Assembly (NCBI GenBank): GCA_047967505.1
Contig: CM106538.1
Origin: Dipteris shenzhenensis
Lineage: Eukaryota
DNA length: 64,000 nt
Reading direction: 5' to 3' (one strand)
Each line of letters starts with the position of its first letter. Within the stretch, counting starts at the first letter, position 1. Under the pieces are notes generated by a model. The model had not been told where the DNA came from. It was given only the letters and a program-made list of their open reading frames with translations, and did no database searches. The translations under genes and the position numbers were made by a program. Of the stretch, positions 24,992-36,504 are shown one piece after another.

Positions 24992-27600
24992 TGTTGAGAT
25001 ATCGAGCTCCACTCGCGATATGCCAGGGTGATTGTTGTGCATTTATGTCACCGACTTGTTAGCTGGAGATGCGGTTGGTACACTGCCCACGAATAATAGC
25101 TAGATGACAGCTATCCTTATCTACACTAGTTCGTGGCTCAGTTAGTATGCCACCTTAGTTAGTTGAGTTTTGTTTGAGACCCACATATAGGGTTCTTCTA
25201 TTTCTTTGTACTAGAGTTCTTTTGGCTTTCACAACTAAGAAGAGGAAAACTGTTTTCAGCCTCCACCTTTGTGTGTATTCCCCCATTGTGCTTGTGAGAA
25301 AGCCTCAAGTGAGACTCCTTCCCTCTCTCCCACTATCTTCACATGGTATCATAGCCTTGTTCGTGGTAAGGAGCTCAAAAAAGCAAACCAAGTTCACAGT
25401 GTCCTGGTAAGAGGACAAGTGTTGCTTTCCTTTTTCGAGTTTGGGAGCAAATCTCTGCAGGTAGCACAGCCGGAAGTGCAAGAGTGCACTGTCTCAGATT
25501 AAGACGCCCTTCGCAATGTGGCAAGAGGGCATTATATGCTGCGGGCAAGAGCAAAGCCCTTGGTGACTTTATTTTTCTGATTCGAGGTCATTTCGGGGCC
25601 CGTTTTGGAGGCGGAAGTTCTCTGCAGGCACTCAGAAAAAGGCCCTGTTTTTGCTGTGTGACCACTGCTCGGCTAGTCGGTGAAAAGTTTCCGCAGAAAT
25701 TGCATCATATGCCTGTGTGCAGAGATATTGGGAGTTGCAGATTCATGCTTGTTGCCTGTTGATGCAAAATCGTCACTAGGAAGTGATTGTGTGGTGAAAT
25801 ACCACTTTCGTCAGTTTTGTAGATCTGCCCGTGTGAGGCAAAAGCTGTGTTTTTTGCAGTGACAGAATATTTTGCAGTGTTCTGTAATGGCATCTGATTC
25901 TCTTTCACAGATCGTCACTGAAAAGCTTGACAAGAACAACTTCCAAGCATGGAAGTTTAGAATGACGAACTTCCTTATGGGAAAAGGCTACTGGGAGTTC
26001 ATTATAGGAAATGAAGAAAAACCAGTTCTTCCTAATGTTCCCAATCAACAGGAAATGCAGGCATTTAAAGGATGGCATGAGAGAGCCAGAAAAGTTATGT
26101 ACTGGCTGTCTATCAGTATTTCAGATTCAATGATTGTGCATATTCAGGATGCAAGTACGCCAAAGGTGGCATGGGATACTTTGGCTAAAATGTACAGCAC
26201 AAATATGCAGGCCAAGAAAATGCAGCTCAAGCAGGAGCTGCACAATGTGCAAAGAGAAAATATGAGCATCAATGACTACCACATGAAGGTGAAGAAAATT
26301 GCGGATGCACTTGCTTCCATTGGGTCGCCAGTGGATGATGACGATTTAGTTTCTGTGACCTTGAATGGTCTAGGAAAGGATTATGCACAGTTCCGGACAT
26401 CCATTGCCGTCCGTGAAAAATTTCCTGATTTTGAGGAGTTGATTGCTCTTCTAATTTCTGAAGAGCAGAGAAATGGTGGTGCATCTTCTTCAGGAGGAAC
26501 CTCAAAAGAAACTGTCTTCTACTCAAATGCTGGAAGGGGTAGAGGCAGAGGTAGAGGAGGCCGATCTGGAGGCCATGGTAGAAATGAGAATATGCAGCAA
26601 ACGTAAGAAAACCAATCCTATGCAGGAGGACGTGGTAACTCTAAAGGCAGGGGGAGCCAAAGAGGACGTGGTGGATGGCAGAGAGGCCAAAATGCAAACA
26701 GCAATGTTGAATGCTATGATTGTGGCAAAATGGGTCATATGGCTAAGGACTGCTATAAAAAGCAGAATGACATTATGAATGGAAAATTACAGCAAGGCAA
26801 TTATGCATCTTCTAGTAGGCAGGGTGATGATAGAAATGAGCATCTATTTATGGTGCAGCATATGACGTGACAAGTGCAGAAGAACGAAATGATGTGTGGT
26901 ATGTTGACTCAGGTGCGTCAAACCACATGACAGGTCATGCAGAATGGATGCAAGATGCAAGGAAAATGGAAAAGCCAGGATTTGTGGAGACTGGTGATGA
27001 TACTGCACATCCTATTGTGCAGATTGGTAAAATTCCTTTGTCTATGCAGGATGGGAAAAAGAAATACTTGTCCGATGTATTTCATGTCCCGAACATCACC
27101 AAGAACCTGGTTTCTGTTGGTCAAATGGTTGAGCAGGGCTTGCAGGTTAGATTTAATCCTCATGGATGCTTTGTTGAGGATATGAAAAATAATGGTCGCT
27201 TGATAGCAAAAGGAAAGAAGAAGGGCAGGATGTTTACATTGGATGCGGACATGCCTGAATTGAGTGCAGCAATGTTTGCACATGGGACCGATGTAGTTGC
27301 AGATATTGATATTTGGCACAAACCGATTGGTCATGTTAATATACAACGACTTAAATCAATGCAAGCCCAAAATATTGTTGCAGGATTGCCTAAATTCAAG
27401 GTTGCAGAAATGCACAAGGTTTGTGAAACCTGTCAATTTGGGAAACAGGCAAGAAAACCTTTTCCTAGGCATGTTCAAGAGAGTAAAAAGCCATTGGAAT
27501 TAATCCTCTCTGATGTGTGGACTACTAAAGCTGCATCTATTGGAGGCTGTCACTATTTTGTCACATTTATTGATGACTTCAGCAGAAAGCTTTGGGTGTA
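24992..27600 (+). mobile_element. Copia F1: 5' LTR, PBS, gag, protease and start of integrase; 3'-truncated
   Basis: LTR 24992-25343 (TG...CA); PBS TGGTATCATAGC; gag ORF 25872-26606 (EKLDKNNFQAWKFRM); WYVDSGASNHMT; FIDDFSRKLWVY. Confidence 0.95.
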
Positions 27601-27901
27601 TGTTTTAAATAAATAGTTTATTCAGTGGATTTTTTGCATGCAATTGTCTATGAAGTCAAGGTAATTGTCTACATTGCTCATGCTTCTTTTTTCTCTTGGA
27701 TTTACATAGTCCTATGTTTGATTTGCATTCTATTTTTTGAAGACAAACACATTGTGACCCCCCCGAGACACACACACAGGCACACTCACAGGCACACAAA
27801 CATGCACACACATGTACAGATATATATATTAGGTTAGAGCAATCTTCAAATATGGACTTTGAGTGAGCATGGTACCTCATGTTGCACCTTTTTAGTTCTC
27901 A

Positions 27902-28040
27902 GAGACCAAATATGAGGTCTCAACATAGAAAGCAATCTTTTGGTCATCCCATTGCATGGGGGATCCTGTTGTTGAGACCAAATATCAGGTCTCAACATAG
28001 AAAGCAATCTTTTGGTCATCCCATTGCATGGGGGTCCTCT
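27902..28040. repeat. 72-bp tandem duplication containing a GAGACC-N8-GGTCTC hairpin
   Basis: GAGACCAAATAT at 27902 and 27974. Confidence 0.85.
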
Positions 28041-28980
28041 TGTTAGCATGGTGATTTTTCAAATGCGATTCATCTTCTTTTATATAGAGTAGCCCTACAC
28101 ATTCAGAGAACCTTTGCAGCTCTCGATGACCAGGCATCTTAATGGGGGCTATGATTTACGTGGGTTTTGATCTCCAACATGTGTTTGCCTTATTTCCATC
28201 CTTCAGCTTAACTTGGTACCTTGAACATCACAAAGGCACTTAGGTTAAAAAGTTGTCTAAAAAATATTTATCATCATGCACCCCCTTCATACTTTTTTTG
28301 AAAGATTACTTTTCTTTTTTGCTGTAATTCTATCTTTTGCATTTGTCTTTGATAGGTTATGTTACACATAATTCACAACTTCTCTATAGTTGTGAATTAC
28401 AACCAATAGTATCGGTAAATTACACGACAAGCTATATAACGAATGAGTCCTAAATCATTGATGAGGCATAAGAAAAGACCTACAAGTAGCAACTGAGTGT
28501 AAACATAAATGATAGAAAAGGATGCCTGTGTGGAATTTTAAAGGGATAATGTGCGAGTTTTATGATAAAAATAGTTTATGGAATTAGTAAGTAATTTCTC
28601 TTTTTGAAAGAGGTACCTAGAAAGGTGTGGGCATCGTGGCTTTTAAGAATGGCGGATTGTAATCACATGCTCTAGAATTTAAAAATATATGTGGGAATCA
28701 TTTGGAATTGGACAATGTATTTTAACTTAAGGAAACTATTAAAGAGATAGAGTCATCAATTTCCTATGTTACTACAAATAGTAGAAATGACTCATTCTAG
28801 GAAGCATTTTCATTGCTCATGCTCGATTTTTTGAATTGGACCATTACATGCATTCAAGGGTTAGTTACTACCTAACATGTTTTTCTATTGTGGAACACAC
28901 AAGAGGTTGCAAGGGATCCAATCTTACAATGCATTTCTAGTGGAATAGACAAGAGGTTACAATATTACATGGTCTTGTAT

Positions 28981-29062
<82 letters not shown>
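28981..29062. repeat. (AG)n microsatellite
   Basis: Directly visible. Confidence 0.98.
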
Positions 29063-29063
<1 letters not shown>

Positions 29064-29327
29064 ACTTGATCTTCATGGGATAAGTCTTTTTCTTCTTAGG
29101 ATATCCAAAACGTTACTCACGTGTCTTTCATTATCTTCTTTTTAAAGTAAAGATTGATAGGGCATTAATTAGTACAAAGGACATAATTATACATTCATAA
29201 TTCCCATAGTAGGTATTAAAAAATTTCTTAAGGATGTCTTACTCCCTAATCCACATCTAATGATAACTCGACTTAAGGTCAATCTTATAGAATGAGTGTC
29301 ATGTAATAACGACCCTATATATACATA

Positions 29328-29328
<1 letters not shown>

Positions 29329-29377
<49 letters not shown>

Positions 29378-29404
29378 CTTTAATTTTGCTTATTAATTTA
29401 TCCA

Positions 29405-29435
<31 letters not shown>

Positions 29436-29713
29436 TTTGAACGCTATTGTAAACAACCCCCCCTAACAATAAATGCATAGGTTTACATTCTCTACATTTT
29501 ATTTTTTCCTACATATTTTTATACTCACTCTACATTATGCTATGTGAATAGCTCCACAATTAAATGTTAATAAGTGATTTAATGCTCCCTCTTTTTAATT
29601 CTTTTGTTTATGGTTCACTAATAATTAATTAACCACCCATAATTTCTAATTTAATCAATAGTCTCATTTATCCTTGAACCAGATGCTTGTGATTAATGTA
29701 ACCATCCTTTTTT

Positions 29714-29779
<66 letters not shown>
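29329..29779. repeat. Three (AC)n microsatellites (29329-29373, 29405-29427, 29715-29779)
   Basis: Directly visible. Confidence 0.97.
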
Positions 29780-29781
<2 letters not shown>

Positions 29782-30099
29782 TTTGTCTTAAAAATAATTT
29801 TTCACAAACACATTCTTCTCCTGCCAATTTCCACCCCACACACACACAGATGCACACATACACTTCCATGTTTCACATTGTCATTATGACGAAAAAAAAA
29901 CCCCCTTGCCCCCAATGACACAATCTCTTGGAATTTTTATAACCTCTTCTACCTCCCCACCCCTCTTCCTCTCTAAACTACCCCTTAAAAACATTTTGCC
30001 TAGTTACTAAACTCCCCTTAACTCCTTTTTGTTTGCTTTTTCTCCTTGCGATTTTAGAAACCCAAACAACTTTACCCGCTCACCGCCCTTGCATTTAAG

Positions 30100-31450
30100 G
30101 ACTTCAACTACACTCTACACTAGTATAGCTAATTATACACCCTACATTATAACCTAATAGCACCTACATCGTCTTGGAATAACTAACAACATGTACAAGA
30201 CGTCTTTAAACCTCGTTGAGCAAATCTGCCACTATCCACACTCACCTTATATAAACATGTGCATACTCTTTGTTCGCCTCTCCACTCTTGCTGCTCGTCT
30301 TCTCCGCCCTGCAAATTGAGTCTTTGTTATCATAGTTCCCTGCTTTGCTCGACATTATGTTCTACTCCGTTGGCCACAGGCATGAAGTTCCCCTTTTTTC
30401 CTGTCTTCTCTCTACTCCTTTACAACTCATGATTACTACTCCACAAGCTTCTTCTCCACAAGCGAAAAATAGGAGGATTGCACATCTTCTCCACAAGCTT
30501 AATCATTCTTGGCTCATATATTTTTCATGACAGTCTTTTAGCCTGGTTGCTTGAGACCTTCATACATCTTGACTTCAACGCTTTACGTACTAATCAGCCT
30601 CCTTACTCCATTTTTCTTTGCTTTTGACCTCTTCTACATAGTTGTGATTGGCGCCCAACTATTATGGGCTCTTGTACACTTCTTCTCCACTCCTCTTTGT
30701 CGATACCATATGTGATATGTTAGTTTACATGATTGACTAGGTTGACGAGTTGCATGGTTGACATTCTCTTTCATCATTGAGGTGCCTAGCCACTTCTTCT
30801 TTTAGCTCTAGGTGGCACGGTGCTTCTTTTTCGATCAAACTTCCTTAATATGTGAACTTTCTCCTAGACTTAGCACGGGGTCCTCACTACTCATTCATCG
30901 AAACTTTCTGCTTTGTATAGTTCTGACTACATGTCTCCGTTTTCCACTCCTTGACCTTGCTTCTTCCTAGCTCTAGTGTTTGGACTTTGCCCCTATATAT
31001 GTTCCCCCCTTAGCTTCAGCGACTCGTCATGGCCAAGTCCTCAATGCCATGCCTTCTTCCCTTGTTTAGCTCTTCGTCTTATCGCTCACCTCTTACTGTA
31101 TTGCCATCTTGATTGGCTGTGGTTCCCTCTGCATGTACTTGGTGCACCGTGGCCTCTCTTCTTCTCTCGACTCGGTTTTACTCCCTTCTTACTATTGTGC
31201 TATACTATGACTCCCCGGGCCTTTGCACGTTACCTTCTAGTTATTTTTGGCTCGGTCATACATGTCGTTATTGTCACTAGGGCCATGTACGTCCCTTACT
31301 CAAATCCTTTTGGCTGATCTCTCTGTGGACCACTGCTCCTTGCAAGTCTTCTCTATACCACTGCCCCTGGCTTGTGCTTCTTCCATTTGCTTGGCACCTT
31401 TCACGTCCATGATCCCCATCTTGACTATAATCAGGTTCTCTAAAGACTTG
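30100..31450 (+). mobile_element. Possible highly degraded L1-type LINE 3' region
   Basis: Pyrimidine-rich coding-like sequence with HLLLYC..W (zf-RVT-like) near 31090; weak. Confidence 0.3.
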
Positions 31451-31504
31451 GGTCTATTGCTTCAATATTTTGCAACATAGATATATTTATTTAATCACAC
31501 ACAC

Positions 31505-31813
31505 TATTATGGATAAATTTGTCTAAGGAAAAAGGCATTAATATGTGCATGTGTTTGTATGTGTGGCAATAGTATAATAAAATATGGTGTGCATAGGGCC
31601 CAGGGTTGAGGTGGCAGGGCATGACCATGTGCCACCCTTCCACGTAAGAGGACCCATAAGGTGTGATCCATGGTAGTAATATTATAAAATGTAAGGTGGC
31701 ATGGCTCCTCCATGTGCCACCCCTCCACCTAGGCTGCATTTAGTGAGATATGGCTCAAAGTCCATGGGAGAAGTAATATAAAATAGGTGGAGAGGGATAT
31801 TATATTGGGTTAT
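31505..31813 (+). mobile_element. Partial family D LTR interrupted by Copia B2
   Basis: Starts TATTATGGATAAATTTGTC as at 53433; breaks at the B LTR start. Confidence 0.93.
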
Positions 31814-34317
31814 TGTTGAGAGTTCACGCTCAACATCATGTGATCATGTGTGCATAGCACCGTCACCTGATCATATGTGCATAGCACTAACCTTATAGAG
31901 TGCTATAAAGGAAAGGGTTAGATCCCCTAACCCTAACCCTAAAAGGGTTTGTATATATTCTATTTTTTCAACTAATTCTAGTGTACAGTTAGTCATTTGT
32001 GGTGTGCTCTCTAGTTGTGCCCTCTCTCCTCATCTCCACTCTTCTCCTCTCCCCTCTTCATATTTTGTCATGGTATCAGAGCTCCCTTGTCTTCCGCTGA
32101 GACATTGAGATTCTTGAGAGTGTGAGATTGAGAGATTGAGAGGTAGTCTTTCATTCCATTCACTTCCGTTGAGTGAAGGATTTCCGTTCATTGAAAGAGA
32201 GAAATTTCCTTCTCATTGAGAAGAATTTCCGTCTATGGAGAGAGAGATTATTGAGTTCTTTGAGAGAGTTTCCGTTGAATTCTACTCATGTTCCATTCTG
32301 TTACGAGAGTTCATGCCTTGAGAAGTTTCTGTTTCGAGAGAGAGAAACCTTGAGTGTTTTCTGAGTTTGTAAGGTTCTTTGTGATTCAATCTCCTGTGTG
32401 AGAGAGGTTCCTGCACCTTCTACTACTCTAGCTGCAAGGCTCCTAAGCACTCCCACAGCGTGCTTCTCCTCCACAAGCCTCTAAAGCTCCAGTCGTCAAC
32501 TATGGGTAGGCTGAGACAACTCTCCAACTATGACTCGGCACAACTTCTATAAGGCAAACGACTTGATATTCTACGCAGCGTCAAGCACCTATGCAACCTC
32601 TCCAACGAGCAGCCCGGCTACTACAACAGCTCCCACCTACAACCAACGCAAGACACAAGTGACTGCCAGTGCAACGAGCAATCTTCTCCATCAACAAGCC
32701 CTGGCCTCGCCCAGTCAGCTCACAACAAGGCGGCTTCAATGTGCTCCGTAGGCACCAATCTCTGCAACTGTAGGCGACTCTGGCCATAGCTGCAAACAAA
32801 ACCGATGCTCCATCTGGATGTTACTCTCCATACATAGCCACAGACTTCAGATGGGCTCCCGAACAGCAAAGCTGCCTCCAACCAGCACAACAGCGAGCTT
32901 GCATTTGCAACTGGCCGCAGCGACTTCTCCTTCAATCAACAGCTACCCTCATAGCTTTTAGAACACGGACATCGATTGTCATAGCCAGAGCTCCTCGACG
33001 ATCAGCGCCATCTCCGACGACCGACGGCCTCTCGAGACTAGCAGCGCCAGCAACATCTATGGAGATGGAGCTTGAAGAGTGGTAGCAGCAACGGCTACAC
33101 ACACACAACGGGTGGCTCACGACGGCGCACTCAACTGCGGCTCCTGAGGCGGCGCATCCACTCCAAAGACAACGCCCGCACCCACGCCTTAGCCTACACG
33201 ATCAGCTAGCAGTCACAAAACTCACCAGCGAGTGCCTCCAACGAACGGCCTTCTCAACAAACCATCGGAGAAGATGACGGAATCTCCAAGATTCTGTCAG
33301 AATCTTGGATAGATTCTGGTGCCTCGCGTTCCGACACATGGCAGATAGAGTTTTGCCACATGGCAACCTTATCTCCAATTACCACATCATCAGGCACCCG
33401 GATGTGCCACGTGTAGTTGTCCTATCCACACTGCCACATTAGCATTAACACATCAGCAATCCATGTCATCAGGCCATGTCATCATCGACTGCCACATCAT
33501 CACCGATTGCCACGTCATCACCGATTGCCATGTCACTTGACACGTCATCAGTGACACATCATCAGCCACATCACCTGCCATATCATCAGTGACATGTCAT
33601 CAGCCACATCACTGTGCCACGTCACCTTGCTGACATCATCTGTGCCACCTCAGCAGTCCAGTCAACACTGACCCTCTGCAGGCACAGTCCCTTGCCAGGC
33701 ACACTGTGCACACACTGCATGTGCACACTCCTGCCACCTCAGCACAGAGCTTCACTGGCACACCTCTTGCTAAGCACAGTGCCACATCATCACGGCATGT
33801 GACTCACAGTGACACATCATCATTGAGCACCATTTGCACTCCTTTTGCCCCTCCACCTAGATCAAGTCATATCTCTTGATCCAGGAAGAATTTGAGGGTG
33901 CTCCAAAAAGGAAAGTCGCTCGTTTTTCGTGCTCTACGCACTCGTTACATCACGCGCACATTTTGGCGCAAGTTACACTCACATTTGTGCCTCGCCGACA
34001 AAACCACTTCCTTCATGCACATTTGCCTCTACATCAACGTATCTGACCCAGCACTTAAAAAGAACAAAAGAAAAGGAATTATTTGCTGCTCTTTCATCGA
34101 TCGACGGTTGGTTTAGATCTAGATCAGAGTAGACTAGATCACCATAGAGGGGACGCTTTGAATTCCCCAAGTTGCCAATCTAAGCCATGAAATTCCTGAC
34201 TAGTACCATACGCTCACATCCGATTTCACATCATTACATTACCTGAAACCCTACGTTCATCAGTTCAGTGAGCAGACTTCAGAGTACAGAGGCATTGCAG
34301 ATTGGGTCAGTGGGCAG
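31814..34317 (+). mobile_element. Copia B2: 5' LTR, PBS and leader with variable cassette; truncated before gag
   Basis: LTR 31814-32070; PBS TGGTATCAGAGC 32071-32082; about 33340-34317 homologous to B1 14270-15150. Confidence 0.95.
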
Positions 34318-35794
34318 TGTCCAAGTGGTGACTTATTTTATGACTTTCAAATATCCTTTCTTTTCCTTTCATCATTAGCTGAATCATGGAATTTTGAGCA
34401 AAGATCCTCTTTATAGCTCCTCAGGATGAGCTAAGAAAAATATATAACAGCTTTTTAATAGACCCTCTAAGTGTATTTTGCTAGAGGAATATGGTTTGAA
34501 TAGCTTGCCCCAAACCTATTGTGCTAGCCACAATACCCTTGGAGAGTCTACAAAGAAGGGGTCATAACTTTTGCTCCTTAGCTCGGACTGAGGAGCTGTA
34601 AAAAGGAACAATGTTCAAAATTTCATGATCTATGCAATGGAAGGCTTAAAGTCATAATTTTTATAGGTATAAAAAAGATAAGTTGGAAATTTTAAGATGT
34701 ATATAAGAGTTACAACTTCTGCCTAATTCATATTATGGTAGGAAGGAGTTCAAGAGGGACCACATTTCCTTAAAAATACTCAGGTTTGGAGAATTGGGAA
34801 TACTTTGAAAATCCCTCCATTTCCTTCCCATATTTGATAATGTATTATAGATTATTCTATGGTCTTTTTCTAACTCATCCAAGGAATATGGTATATAGTG
34901 TTACATGAGAGCTTCTCAATACTTCAAATATGGGATTGCTAAAGCTAAGGGAAACTCTTTTAAATAGATTGAATTACCATAATCCTCAAAAGAGAGTATG
35001 GTAGGGAGGGATTTATAGGAGTTTATAAAGTGTTCACTATTTGTTCATACATAGTTGATGTTCTCTAAAATGAGGGTTATAATGATAATAAGTAAATATA
35101 TGGTTCCATAAATCATAAAGAATTGTATATTCCTTTGAGATATATACTAGCATGGTCGGTGTAAAAAATTTTCTGCTTGTAGGTTTTTGGTCAGAAATTG
35201 TGCTCCTCCAGGCAATTCAATGCAATAACCATCTAAAAGCAATATAAGATATATGGTATGTAGATTCAAAACACGGGTTTTCTTTTCATTGCATAACAAC
35301 TTGAAAAACACAAAAAACAGAGGAAAAGAGATCAAAGAAGAGGAAAAAAGTATCAACCTTGAAGCCTCACCATAATGCCATCATACAAAGTTCCTTGTCC
35401 TAAAAAATCCACCCCTATTCCTATCCCTTTGTTGCATTTACATGTATACCCCAACCCTTCCAAGCTCCTAGCCTCTTTAACATTATAGAAAAGGACTATT
35501 ACAATTGAGAGGACTAGAGATCTGGATTAGGTGAATTGAAATTGGAGAGTGGGATCAAAGAATTAATTTGTGCATCAAGAGAAGATATGATTGACTCCTT
35601 GACACTAAAAAAATAAAGGGAAGTGAAATCAAATTGTTCTTTCTTAGCCAAATCTTTTTCTTTATTGTTTTTGGGAAAAACTCATTTTATAATGAGAAGG
35701 CTAAAGTGAGAAATGTAATCATAAAAAGTGAGGAGAGGGCAAGGAAAGGAAAGGTCCTTGTACTCGAGAAATTTTACATGAGGAGTCTATAGCT

Positions 35795-35960
35795 TTGAAA
35801 AACTAGACTATGGTGATTATGGGATTCCTTATTTGAAATTCAAATTCTATGGTTTTGGAGAAATTGGACTATGGCAATATGGAAATCCTTATTCTATAAT
35901 TATAAAACTAGAAAAACTAGACTATGGCAATTGGAAATCCTTATTTAAAATTAAAAATTT
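35795..35960. repeat. Three degenerate ~55-60 bp repeats (GACTATGG...CCTTATT)
   Basis: Units at about 35800, 35862 and 35914. Confidence 0.6.
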
Positions 35961-36504
35961 TAGAAAACCAAACTCTTATCTAGAAACTCAATTGGATTCT
36001 ATTAGAGAATCATAAAGACTCTAATCCATCTATAAGTTATCAAATTCTCAATCTATAACTCCTTTTTGTAAAATTGCCAACTTGTCAAATGGCGTCTTAT
36101 GGAACAACACCACACACTACATGTTGTTCTTGACTTCCTAATTAAGTCTCAAGTCTGGTTCATGATACTAAAACCTCAAATATTATAAAAGACCTAAGGC
36201 CATCAATTTTATATGGAATTGCTTACTTTTACGGTTGTTGTCCTACCCATGATATTGTGTGAGTAATCAATTGTCTTATAGACAAACAATAATTTTTGAA
36301 AATGTTTGGCAATGTTTTTCAAGGGTCAACGACTGAGGGGTGGAAGAAAGGGGTCAAAGTATGTATTTTTCTTATGCAATTTCCATTTTCAAGGCAAAAA
36401 AATAATGGGAGAAGGATTCTCCCTAGAGGCCGTGATATCGCGGCCTCTTGGGAGGCTCCTCTTGCCAATTTTATTTGGGCCATAACTTATTCAATCGGAC
36501 TCGA

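Noticed and set aside
28888-29918. ORFs with ER, CV and TH dipeptide runs (also LS/IYLS at 56318-56587)
   Set aside because: Translations of microsatellites
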